From: Anaerolineae bacterium
GTDB taxonomy: Bacteria > Chloroflexota > Anaerolineae > JAADDB01
Reading direction: 5' to 3'
Length of the DNA: 64,000 nucleotides
Assembly: GCA_015490995.1 (NCBI GenBank)
Contig: WFWT01000038.1
Span: forward strand, 25 to 64,024
Shown: positions 32,582-41,886 of the stretch, one piece after another
Layout of the letters: each line of letters starts with the position of its first letter
Position numbering within the stretch: position 1 is the first letter of the stretch
Program-made: the position numbers and the translations under genes
The notes under the pieces: model-generated
What the model was told of the DNA's origin: nothing
The model's input: only the letters and a program-made list of their open reading frames with translations
Database searches by the model: none

Positions 32582-33697
32582 ATGGTGAAAGGGGATATGT
32601 CGGAGGTGCGCACGGTGGAAGTGCGCTACCCCGGCGGTGTTTACCCTGTGTGGATAGGGCCGGCCGTGCGCTATCGCCTGGGAGAGTGGAGCGCGGTACA
32701 ACCGTACACCCGGCGGGCTTTTGTGATCACTGATACCCATGTGGCCTCTCTTTATGGGCAGGATGTGCAGCAAGCACTTGCCGAGGGGGGATTTACCGTG
32801 CACATGACGGTGATACCCGCCGGAGAACAGCACAAGACCCTGGACACCGTACGGCAGATATACGACGCGCTGGTCACCGCAGGAGTGGACCGCCGTTGTC
32901 CCGTAATCGCGTTGGGGGGTGGGGTTGTGGGGGATGTGGCCGGTTTTGTGGCGGCTACCATCTTGCGCGGTGTGCCCTTCATTCAGGTGCCCACGACTCT
33001 ATTGGCTATGGTGGACGCGAGCGTGGGCGGCAAGACAGGGGTAGATTTGCCGCAGGGAAAGAACCTCGTAGGTGCTTTTAAGTTTCCCGACCTCGTTGTC
33101 GCCGATGTGGAAACGCTCGCTACGTTGCCGGATGTGGAGTTCGCGTGTGGCTTGGCGGAAGTTATTAAGCACGGCCTTATTGGGGACCCGACGATCTTGG
33201 AAAGGGTCCAGCCCCCGGGGGCTCTGTCCTCTGCTCAGTTAACGGAACTCGTACAGCGAGCGGTGCAGGTCAAGGTGCAGGTGGTGGAGGAGGACCCGTT
33301 CGAACAGGGACGACGAGCGGTGTTAAACTTGGGGCACACCTTTGCCCATGCGTTAGAGCAGGTTACTGCTTATCGACTGCGGCATGGCCTGGCCGTGGCC
33401 TTGGGATTGGTTGCCGCGGCCGATTTGGGGGTGCGTCTGAACATGGCGTCTCAGGACCTGCTCGAGACCATCCGCTCAGTCCTCCGGCGGGCCGCGCTGC
33501 CCACGCATTGGCGGGAAACAGGGATCGACATGCCCGCCCCCCCACCGGAGAGCGTGCTGGCCGCTATGCAACTGGACAAGAAGCGTCTCCATGGACGCTT
33601 GCGGTTTATCGTGCCCCGGTCTGTAGGGGAGGTCACGGTGGTGTCGGATGTCCCCCCTACCGCTGTGGTAGAGGCGGTGCGGGCCATTCTGGTGTGA
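32582..33697 (+). CDS. aroB: 3-dehydroquinate synthase
   Basis: It has the patterns GGGVVGDVAGFVAAT and VPTTLLAMVDASVGGKTGV, and a Zn/NAD-binding DHQ synthase fold. Confidence 0.95.
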   Translation: MVKGDMSEVRTVEVRYPGGVYPVWIGPAVRYRLGEWSAVQPYTRRAFVITDTHVASLYGQDVQQALAEGGFTVHMTVIPAGEQHKTLDTVRQIYDALVTAGVDRRCPVIALGGGVVGDVAGFVAATILRGVPFIQVPTTLLAMVDASVGGKTGVDLPQGKNLVGAFKFPDLVVADVETLATLPDVEFACGLAEVIKHGLIGDPTILERVQPPGALSSAQLTELVQRAVQVKVQVVEEDPFEQGRRAVLNLGHTFAHALEQVTAYRLRHGLAVALGLVAAADLGVRLNMASQDLLETIRSVLRRAALPTHWRETGIDMPAPPPESVLAAMQLDKKRLHGRLRFIVPRSVGEVTVVSDVPPTAVVEAVRAILV

Positions 33698-33806
33698 TGG
33701 CCGGGTGGCTTGTGGCGCTGGTGGCGTGGGGGGGATGTGTTTCAGGCAAGGACGACATCGCTGATCTTGGGGCAAAACACACATGAGAGGGGAGGGGAAT
33801 CAAGCC

Positions 33807-35012
33807 ATGACCGACAACGGGGACCGGTTTGTGAACAGGGCGATGGAGCACTTGCAACACTTGAGTGTAACCATCGGCCCCCGACCTTCCACCCGGGAGG
33901 GGGAACGGGAAGCCGCGCGTTACGCCGCGCAGGTCTTAAAGGCCGCAGGCGTGCAGCATGTTCGAGAAGAGGTGTTCAGCAGCGGGCGGGAGACGTATTG
34001 GCCCTACGCGTTGGCGTTGGCGACGGGATTTTTGGGCAATCTCCTTTACCTGGCGCGTCCCACCCGCCGGCGGGGAGTGCTGGCGGCCTTGTTGAACGGT
34101 TTGGGCGCGTGGGCTTTCTACGCGGAGGCCAATTTCGATGACCATTGGGGACGTCGCGTGTTGCCCACAGGCGTCAGCCAGAATGTGGTGGGTATTATCC
34201 CGCCACGAGGTGAGGTGCGGCGCCGGGTAGTGCTGGTGAGCCATCTGGACACTCACCGGACACCGGTGTTTTACAATTCTCCGCTGTTGTTACGGCTTTT
34301 CTCCACGCTGGTGGGTGCCGCGTTTGTGAGCCTTCTTATCAGCGCGGTAGCCACCGCACTGCGGGCAATAGCGTGGTTCCCTGCCGTGCGCCCCCTGTTG
34401 CGCCTGGCGACCGGTTTTCAGGCTTTTGCCCTCAGTTTGAGCCTTCAGGCCCAGACGACCCCCCACACTCCGGGGGCCAACGATAACGGTTCCGGCGTGG
34501 CCACTGTGCTGGCGCTGGCGGAACGTTTGGTAGCTGAACCGCTGGCCCACACCGAGGTGTGGATTGTCCTTACCGGCTGTGAGGAAGTGGGCGCCTACGG
34601 CATCGACGCGTTTCTCAAGGCCCATGGTCATGAGTTGCGAGACGCGGATTTCATCAATATCGACATGGTGGGCGTGGGGATGCCCGCAGTGCTTACCCGA
34701 GAGGGATTGGTGCGCAGTTATCACCCGCATCCGGAACTGCTGCGCATCGCGCTGGAAATCGCCGCGGAACACCCCGAGTGGAGCGCGGGGGCGCACGAGA
34801 GCGGCGCGTATACCGATATGGGTGTGATCGTGAAACACGGATATCGGGGCCTGGTCATTGATTCCGTGGTGCCGCCGGAGCACCCGGCCGCCGCGTATAT
34901 GGGTTACTGGCATCAATTGCGGGACACCTTCGACAACGTGGAACGTGCTTGCATGGAAAAGGTCCACCGGTTTACCTGGGAACTGCTCCGGCGGTTGGAT
35001 GCCCTCGCGTAG
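33807..35012 (+). CDS. M28 family metallopeptidase with internal TM segments
   Basis: It has the M28 metal ligands (HLDTH ... NDNGSGVA ... GCEEVG ... MVGVG). The start was refined to MTDNGDRF, which has a GGGAGGGG RBS; the track ORF starts at 33783. Confidence 0.75.
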   Translation: MTDNGDRFVNRAMEHLQHLSVTIGPRPSTREGEREAARYAAQVLKAAGVQHVREEVFSSGRETYWPYALALATGFLGNLLYLARPTRRRGVLAALLNGLGAWAFYAEANFDDHWGRRVLPTGVSQNVVGIIPPRGEVRRRVVLVSHLDTHRTPVFYNSPLLLRLFSTLVGAAFVSLLISAVATALRAIAWFPAVRPLLRLATGFQAFALSLSLQAQTTPHTPGANDNGSGVATVLALAERLVAEPLAHTEVWIVLTGCEEVGAYGIDAFLKAHGHELRDADFINIDMVGVGMPAVLTREGLVRSYHPHPELLRIALEIAAEHPEWSAGAHESGAYTDMGVIVKHGYRGLVIDSVVPPEHPAAAYMGYWHQLRDTFDNVERACMEKVHRFTWELLRRLDALA

Positions 35013-35111
35013 GGAGGCGTTCTTCCGGTAAAGGGAAGTGGACACGTCAGGCTGCCGGGCCCCGCGAGCACGGTTCCTGACGTCATATCTTTCGCCAGTA
35101 GTGGATGAAGT

Positions 35112-37667
35112 ATGCCCCTGGTTCCTCTGACGACCGCGCTGGCCGTCGGAGTTGTTCTGGGTGCATGGTTGTGGGAGCAGGGCCGCATTCCCTGTGGGGA
35201 TGCGCTGTGGACACTGGTGCAGGGAAATGCGTGGGTTAAAGGCGCGATCTCTGTAGCCCCGCTGGTGTTATTTCCTCTCGCCGTGTCCCCTCCCCGAGAT
35301 CAATGGCCTGCCTTTATCCGGTTCTATGGGGCTTCTGCATCTGTGGAAAGCCACCTGGCTCCGGTTCCTGGACGGCGCTCCATAGCGCTTTACCTCTTTC
35401 TGGGCATCCTGTTAGCTTGGGCGCGGCCGGCGACTCCCTGTCTGCCTGCGGACCACGTAGGCGTTCTGGCAGCTCAACTGGACTCCAAGGGACGCTACGC
35501 GGTGTTAACCGGTGTGGTCGTCGGGTGGCCGGAAGAGCGCGGGGCCTGGTATCGGTACACTGTCCGGGCCGAGACTTTGGTTATCGAGGGCCGGCGTATA
35601 CAGGTGCAGGGCCGCGTGCTTGTACGAGCCCCTGCATATCCCGCGCTAACGTATGGCACCCGGGCCCGGTTTGTAGGGTGGTTGCGACAGCCACCGGTGT
35701 ATGAGACGTTTGATTACCGTCGTTATCTGGCCCGTCAGGGGATTTATGCCCTCTTCCAGGCACGCGACGTTATTCCTCTCGCCGGGGGACAGGGGGTCTG
35801 GTGGCGGGAGTGGCTTTATACGTGGCGCTACGAGGCCAGCATGGCGGTTCGCAGCTTGTTCCCAGAACCCTATGCAGCCCTTCTTAACGGCATTTTGCTG
35901 GGCATCGAAAGCGGCATTCCCCGCCAGTTGCTCGACGCGTTTAACGCCACCGGTGCCAGCCACATCATCGTTATCAGTGGATTTAACATTGCCGTCCTGA
36001 GCGGTTTGACACTGGCGCTCCTGACACCTCTGGTTGGACGCCGTAGGGCTGCCCTGGTCGCGTTGGTGGCCATCGCCGTTTATGTGCCTCTGGTGGGAGC
36101 GGAAGCCGCGGTCGTTAGGGCAGGGCTGATGGGCGCGGTTTCTGCCTTAGGCATGGCTCTTCAACGACAAGGACACGCGTTGAACACTCTCTTTGCGGCC
36201 ACTTTGGTCATGCTCGCGTGGCATCCCCAAGTCCTCTGGGATGTGGGGTTTCAACTGTCCTTTTTAGCCACGCTGGGCCTGATAGTAGCACACCCTGCGC
36301 TGGCAAGGTGGGGGACGCGCCTGGTACGGGATCGGTTTGGCCTCTCCGTGCCATCAACGGTGTTTTCCTGGGTGAACGAGGCAGTGTTGGTGACATTGAC
36401 CGCGCAACTATTCACCGTCCCCCTCATTGTGGCGATCTTCGGCCGGGTCTCTATCGTTTCCCCCTTGGTGAACGCGCTCATTGTGCCTGTGCAGCCGCTG
36501 ATTATGCTGGGGGGAGCTTTGAGTGTGGTGATGAGCTGGCTTTGGGGGCCGTTGGGCCGCATGTTCGCCTGGGGGACGCTGGTTCCTCTGGCATGGACGG
36601 TAGCCGTGGTGGAACACGTGGCCCGCTGGCCGGGGGCCGGGATGCCGATGCCTCCCAGCGTGCGGCCGCTGGTATGGGGATATTACGTGTTGGTGGCCGG
36701 CTACGTGGCCTGGGTGTATAAGCGTTTGAGCGGTGACCGAGGAAGTTTATGTCGGTTTCTGGTCGCGGTGACACAGCACGCGAGTAATTTGGCGAAGCAG
36801 TGGGCCGGCGTGGGTGTGATGTTGCTGGCTATGGGCATCGGGATCATCGGTGGTCGAGCGCTGGTCGCCGGATGGGCCGAGCGGGCGACCCTCACGCGCT
36901 GGCCCGGCGGCTCCCTCTCCCTCCGGGCCGACGGGCTTCCGGCTGTTGTAATTCCTGCCCGAGGCCCTCGGTTTGTGGCCGCGTGGGAAGTCGTGCGTCG
37001 CTTGCCGGTTCGCCCGACGGATATTTGGGTCCTTGCCCAGGGGGACGCCGAGATGTTAGCCGCCGTGCAACTTCTGTTTCAAACGAAGGGTGCCCCTCGT
37101 CTCGTTGTCCATCCTTTCCTGTGTGACTCGGGGAGGGCGTGTCCGGAGCAGTGGCGCGCGTTTCTGGGCGCGTTGACGTTGTACGGTGTGCCTCATCGAG
37201 GGGTGGCGTCAGGAAGTGTGGCCTCCATTGGCGGAAAGGTGGCCTTTGCCTATCTGCCCGGGGCCTTCGAGGGAGTTATTTTCCCCTTGTGGGTTATGTA
37301 CGGACAATGGGTGATTCTCGCCCCGCCGGATATTCCACCCTCGGCCCAGCAACGGTTGCCGGCGCCCCCTCAGGGCAGGGATTTGCTCTGGCCGTTACCC
37401 GAGCTGGGCGCCGGTGTGTGGCCCGATCCTCAAGGAATGCGTTCTCTGGCCCCCACCCTGGTGCTCTACCCCATGGCAGTAACGTACCCGCCGGGCAGTC
37501 AAGCGGCCCTTCAGCAGGTTGCACAGTTGATCTTTGATCCAGAACGGCCCTTGGTTCTGGAGCTCGCGCCGACCGGTGAAGCGCAGGTGATTGTGGGGCG
37601 GTGGACAACGAGGAAACCGGGCGATATAGGGCCGGCAACCTCGCGCTCGCGATCGGCTGCTCCCTGA
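35112..37667 (+). CDS. comEC: ComEC/Rec2 DNA internalization competence protein (C-terminal domain lacks the metallo-beta-lactamase His motif)
   Basis: It has an N-terminal DUF4131-like region and a Competence domain (GASHIIVISGFNIAVLSGL). The C-terminal ~300 aa contain no HxHxDH. Confidence 0.85.
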   Translation: MPLVPLTTALAVGVVLGAWLWEQGRIPCGDALWTLVQGNAWVKGAISVAPLVLFPLAVSPPRDQWPAFIRFYGASASVESHLAPVPGRRSIALYLFLGILLAWARPATPCLPADHVGVLAAQLDSKGRYAVLTGVVVGWPEERGAWYRYTVRAETLVIEGRRIQVQGRVLVRAPAYPALTYGTRARFVGWLRQPPVYETFDYRRYLARQGIYALFQARDVIPLAGGQGVWWREWLYTWRYEASMAVRSLFPEPYAALLNGILLGIESGIPRQLLDAFNATGASHIIVISGFNIAVLSGLTLALLTPLVGRRRAALVALVAIAVYVPLVGAEAAVVRAGLMGAVSALGMALQRQGHALNTLFAATLVMLAWHPQVLWDVGFQLSFLATLGLIVAHPALARWGTRLVRDRFGLSVPSTVFSWVNEAVLVTLTAQLFTVPLIVAIFGRVSIVSPLVNALIVPVQPLIMLGGALSVVMSWLWGPLGRMFAWGTLVPLAWTVAVVEHVARWPGAGMPMPPSVRPLVWGYYVLVAGYVAWVYKRLSGDRGSLCRFLVAVTQHASNLAKQWAGVGVMLLAMGIGIIGGRALVAGWAERATLTRWPGGSLSLRADGLPAVVIPARGPRFVAAWEVVRRLPVRPTDIWVLAQGDAEMLAAVQLLFQTKGAPRLVVHPFLCDSGRACPEQWRAFLGALTLYGVPHRGVASGSVASIGGKVAFAYLPGAFEGVIFPLWVMYGQWVILAPPDIPPSAQQRLPAPPQGRDLLWPLPELGAGVWPDPQGMRSLAPTLVLYPMAVTYPPGSQAALQQVAQLIFDPERPLVLELAPTGEAQVIVGRWTTRKPGDIGPATSRSRSAAP

Positions 37668-37727
37668 CCACGGGTGGGGTTTGGCGAACCCGCCGATGGG
37701 GGGTATAACACCGGTATAAGGTGACCG

Positions 37728-40100
37728 GTGGTGTCGTCGTTAGGTGGTGAACGCACACCTACCGAATGCTTCGCATGGCCCCCACGCGTGACACATATAT
37801 TTGGGAGGAGGAGAGCCATCACCTTGGCTGCATCGGTACGAGTGGGGTATATCTCACGGGTACGCTTAAATCCCTACGTGCGTTTGTTGGCCCGCGGGGT
37901 CCATATGGCCGCGCCTCACCTGGAGATACACCATTCCCACTTTTTAAGCACGCCCTGGCTGTTGCGTGAGGGTCGGCACCTGGATGTGCTCCACATTCAC
38001 TGGGGGGAATACCTGTACCTGGCCCCGCGTGCTTGGGAGCGCCGTAAGGCATTTGTTTCTGTTATCTTAGCTTTGCTGTTGGCTCGCGCGTTTGGTGTGC
38101 GCACGGTGTACACGGTCCATAACTTGAATCACCACGAGGGCCGTTCGCCCGTGCTGAATCGTCTCTTCAACGCGTTTCTCTTCCGATGGGTCGACGCGGT
38201 GCACGTGCACGATCCCACTGTGGCGGCCACAGTGCAGCAGCGTTTTGGGCGTCGCAGTGGAATATACGTCATTCCCCATGGACCCTACATTGGTGCGTAT
38301 CCGGACACGGTCACGCGTGCGTCGGCGCGACGCGTGTTGCGGGAGCGGGGTATCCCTGTGGATCCGCAACGCTTTCTCTTCCTGTTCCTGGGGCAAGTGC
38401 GGCGTTACAAGGGCCTTGAGGGTCTGATCGCAGCGTTTAAGCAGCTCAACGCCGCCGATGTGCAGCTGCTCATTGTCGGTCGTGCTGAGGACCCCGAGTA
38501 CGCCGAGGAGGTACGCCGTCTTGCCCGCACCGATGAGCGCATTATTACGCACCTGACATTTGTGGCGGATGAAGACCTGCAATACTTCTTTCGGGCTGCA
38601 AATGTTTGTGTGTTGCCTTACCGTCATATCACCACCTCGGGCGCGGCGCTCCTGGCCTTTTCCTTTGGTTGTCCTATTATTGCGCCGGCTATGGGGCCGT
38701 TCCTGGAACTGGCGGCCGAGGGTCGAGGGCTCCTTTACATGCCGGGGGATGTGCGGGGCCTAACAGAAGCGTTAGCATCTGCCCGGGAGGGGGCGCTTCG
38801 GGAAGGAGGCGTGCGTGCCCGTACGTACGCGGAACGCCTGGACTGGCAACGTCTGGGGGAAGCGCATGTGCGGGTGTACGAACGGGTGTTGTGCCGTCCA
38901 TTACGTGTAAACGCTTCTTCAGAACTGCCGCCGGTGCTGTGTGTAGGGCGTGAGGGTTGGGAAGGCCCCTGGCGGAATCGGCATCACCTCATGGCGAGAA
39001 TAGCCCGGCATACCCCGGTGGTGTACGTGGAGCCTCGCCCATACGTGCGTGGGGTTGCCCGAAGGCCGCATAAGCATACCTGGCGGCTGCGCCGGTGGTC
39101 GCCCTTGCCCACCGCGCCCGATTTGTGGGTGGTTACACTGCCGGCATGGACCGCACGTGCAGGACGTTCTCCCCTGCGTCAGGTGACAGACTATCTGGCA
39201 CAAAGGGTGTTGCGTCGGGCTTGCCGTTACGTGTGGCAGTGTCCGGCACCCCGGCATGAACAGCGCCCTATCCTGTGGCTCACCGGTCCCGAACAGGCGG
39301 ATTTTATAGACCTGGTTCGGCCGGCTGCTGTGGTGTACCAGGTTGTGGACGATTACACGGCGTATGAGGCCGAGGTGGCTTTGCCGGCTCACATCGCATG
39401 GATTCGACGTCAGCACACGGCGCTCTTACGACGGGCAGATGCAGTGATTTGCACGCATCCCGCGCTGGCCGAGGAGGCCCGACGCTGGAACCGAAATGTC
39501 CACCTGGTGCCCAACGGGGTGGACTGGGAATGGGTTCAGCGCGCGATGGCGTATCCCGCTTTGCCGGCCGACCTGGAGGCCATTCCCCGGCCACGGGTGG
39601 GGTATGTGGGGGTAATAAACGACAAAGTCGACTTGACCCTTTTGCGGGCTGTGGTGGAGACATTTCCCGAAGTGCACGTGGCGGTTATCGGTCCGGATTA
39701 TCTCCGACACCGTGTGGCGGAACGGGCCGTGTTGGATCATCCGCGCATTCATGTGTTGGGCTTTCGCCCTCCCCAGGATACTTTGCTGTACATGCGTGGG
39801 TTGGATGTGGCGTTGATGCCTTATCGATTAAACCGTTGGACGGCGCACATCGATCCCCTGAAAGTGTACGAGTATTTAGCTCTAGGGCTACCCGTGGTCA
39901 GTACACCCATCCCGGCGGTCCAACGGCTGGAGGGGCTGGTGTACGTGGGGCGCGATCAGGCCTTCATCGCGGCGGTAGGGCAGGCGTTGGAAGAACAGGC
40001 TCCGGAGGTTCGGGAGCGGCGACAGGCCTTTGCTCGCCGAAACACCTGGGACGTGCGCGCCGAGCAAGTGTTGCAGGTGTTGCGGGAATTACGCGCTTAA
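37728..40100 (+). CDS. tandem GT-B (GT4-like) glycosyltransferase, two fused glycosyltransferase modules
   Basis: Two GT4-like modules (roughly aa 60-420 and aa 430-790) are recognisable, including the C-terminal EYLALGLPVVST motif. The start could be the GTG at 37728 (AAGGTGA RBS) or the ATG at ~37905 (MAAPHLE). Confidence 0.8.
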   Translation: MVSSLGGERTPTECFAWPPRVTHIFGRRRAITLAASVRVGYISRVRLNPYVRLLARGVHMAAPHLEIHHSHFLSTPWLLREGRHLDVLHIHWGEYLYLAPRAWERRKAFVSVILALLLARAFGVRTVYTVHNLNHHEGRSPVLNRLFNAFLFRWVDAVHVHDPTVAATVQQRFGRRSGIYVIPHGPYIGAYPDTVTRASARRVLRERGIPVDPQRFLFLFLGQVRRYKGLEGLIAAFKQLNAADVQLLIVGRAEDPEYAEEVRRLARTDERIITHLTFVADEDLQYFFRAANVCVLPYRHITTSGAALLAFSFGCPIIAPAMGPFLELAAEGRGLLYMPGDVRGLTEALASAREGALREGGVRARTYAERLDWQRLGEAHVRVYERVLCRPLRVNASSELPPVLCVGREGWEGPWRNRHHLMARIARHTPVVYVEPRPYVRGVARRPHKHTWRLRRWSPLPTAPDLWVVTLPAWTARAGRSPLRQVTDYLAQRVLRRACRYVWQCPAPRHEQRPILWLTGPEQADFIDLVRPAAVVYQVVDDYTAYEAEVALPAHIAWIRRQHTALLRRADAVICTHPALAEEARRWNRNVHLVPNGVDWEWVQRAMAYPALPADLEAIPRPRVGYVGVINDKVDLTLLRAVVETFPEVHVAVIGPDYLRHRVAERAVLDHPRIHVLGFRPPQDTLLYMRGLDVALMPYRLNRWTAHIDPLKVYEYLALGLPVVSTPIPAVQRLEGLVYVGRDQAFIAAVGQALEEQAPEVRERRQAFARRNTWDVRAEQVLQVLRELRA

Positions 40101-40206
40101 TTGGCCGTGGCGCTCACCGGCAACAGAGGTGCTTCACAGGAGCAGCGCCAGCCTGACGTTGTGGGGCTTGTGTCGCCCCCGGAGGGCCACAAGTGAGGAC
40201 AAAAAC

Positions 40207-41886
40207 ATGGACATGTTACGACCGGCGCAGCGGGCGCGCCACCTGAGACGGTACCGGGAGATCATAGGTGTCTTGGCCAAACACGGGTACTGGGCCCTAA
40301 TTGAGCAGTTGGGGCTGGTCTCCCTGGTCACTTGGCCGACCCGTTTGCGGCGTCGTGAGCCTCCCCCACCACCGTACACCCTCAGCCAGCGCGCGCGCAT
40401 TGCCATTGAGGAGTTGGGGCCCACGTTCATCAAACTAGGTCAGATGCTTAGCGTGCGACCGGACCTTGTGCCCCCAGAGTTCCTGATCGAGCTCGCCCGA
40501 TTACAAGACGAAGTCCGGCCAGCTCCGTGGTCTGAGATGGTAACCGTTTTGGAGACGGAATATCGCGGTGCTTGGCAGAAGATATTTGCCTCCTTTGACA
40601 CGACCCCCCTTGCTTCCGCTTCCCTGGGCCAGGTGTACGCGGCCACTTTGTACGATGGGACGGAGGTCGTGGTCAAAGTGCAGCGTCCCGGTATTCGCGC
40701 AGTAATCGAGGAGGATTTGGATATCCTGCGCGATCTGGCGGAGTTAGCCCAGGAACGTACTGCCCTGGGCGAGATCTACAACTTGGTGGATGTTGTAGAG
40801 GAGTTCGCGTTCACTTTGCGTAACGAGTTGAATTATGTTCAGGAGGGGCGCAATGCAGACCGGCTGCGGGAGAACATGCGTCACTTAGAGGTGGTGTACG
40901 TTCCCCGGGTGTTCTGGGAGTACACTACAGAGCGGGTGTTGGTGCTTGAACGCATTCGGGGGGTGAAAATCAGCGATGTGGCCGGTCTCGAAGCAGCAGG
41001 CCTGGATCCGCGACAGGTTGTGCTCAACGCGGCGGAGATGATCGTCCAGCAGGCACTGGTGGATGGCTTCTTCCACGCGGACCCACATCCAGGCAACATT
41101 TACGTGCTGGAAGGTAACGTTCTGGGGTTGATGGACTTCGGCATGATGGGATATCTGAGTCGGCGTGTGCGGGAGGATCTCATTCGCCTGTTTATCGTCT
41201 CGGTCCTGATGGACTCGGAGGGCATTGTTGAGCAGCTGGTGAGAATGAGCGCCGTGCGCGCGGGCATTGACCGAACCCGGTTACGCCGGGATATCGAGCG
41301 TATCCTGACCCGGTATTACGGACTGCCCCTCAAGTACATTCGGGCACGGGAGGTCATTCGTGACCTGCTGCCCATCATGTACCGTCACCACATTAGCTTG
41401 CCGTCTGACCTCTGGCTCTTGGGCAAAACGTTAATGATGTGGGAGGGTCTGGCGCTGCAATTGTACCCGGATTTTGATTTCTTCGCGGTGGCCGATCCGT
41501 ACGTACGGCGTTTCTTGCGGCAGGCTCGCGCGCCGCGCGTGGTTGTCCGTCAGTTGGCCCTGGTGCTCAACCGGTGGGGTAACCTGTTGGTGGAAGCCCC
41601 TGAGCACATTCGTGCCCTGTTGTTGCAAATGGAGCAGGGGCACATTCAAGTGCATGTCCGGGAGACGGCCGATCGTCATCGTTTCATCCTGCTGGATCGG
41701 GTGGGAAACCGGCTGGCGCTGGCGTTGTTACTGGCAGCCCTGATCATCGGCCTGGGTAACGTTATCCCTCGCCTGGACTTCACATGGCCCTGGCCCCTCT
41801 CTACGTGGCTGGTGGTGCCCGGTTTCTTAATGGCGGTCCTGTTGAGCCTGTGGTTACTGTGGAACATGGTTCGGGGATATCGATGA
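40207..41886 (+). CDS. ubiB: ABC1/UbiB family atypical protein kinase
   Basis: The ABC1 domain (LGPTFIKLGQMLSVRPDLVP ... ASLGQVYAA ... HADPHPGNI) is followed by C-terminal TM helices. The start was refined to MDMLRPAQ; the track ORF starts at 40030. Confidence 0.85.
   Translation: MDMLRPAQRARHLRRYREIIGVLAKHGYWALIEQLGLVSLVTWPTRLRRREPPPPPYTLSQRARIAIEELGPTFIKLGQMLSVRPDLVPPEFLIELARLQDEVRPAPWSEMVTVLETEYRGAWQKIFASFDTTPLASASLGQVYAATLYDGTEVVVKVQRPGIRAVIEEDLDILRDLAELAQERTALGEIYNLVDVVEEFAFTLRNELNYVQEGRNADRLRENMRHLEVVYVPRVFWEYTTERVLVLERIRGVKISDVAGLEAAGLDPRQVVLNAAEMIVQQALVDGFFHADPHPGNIYVLEGNVLGLMDFGMMGYLSRRVREDLIRLFIVSVLMDSEGIVEQLVRMSAVRAGIDRTRLRRDIERILTRYYGLPLKYIRAREVIRDLLPIMYRHHISLPSDLWLLGKTLMMWEGLALQLYPDFDFFAVADPYVRRFLRQARAPRVVVRQLALVLNRWGNLLVEAPEHIRALLLQMEQGHIQVHVRETADRHRFILLDRVGNRLALALLLAALIIGLGNVIPRLDFTWPWPLSTWLVVPGFLMAVLLSLWLLWNMVRGYR

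Noticed and set aside
39398-40156. 252-aa plus-strand ORF in an alternative frame of the glycosyltransferase
   Set aside because: It is a Gly/Arg-rich out-of-frame product inside a well-supported GT gene.
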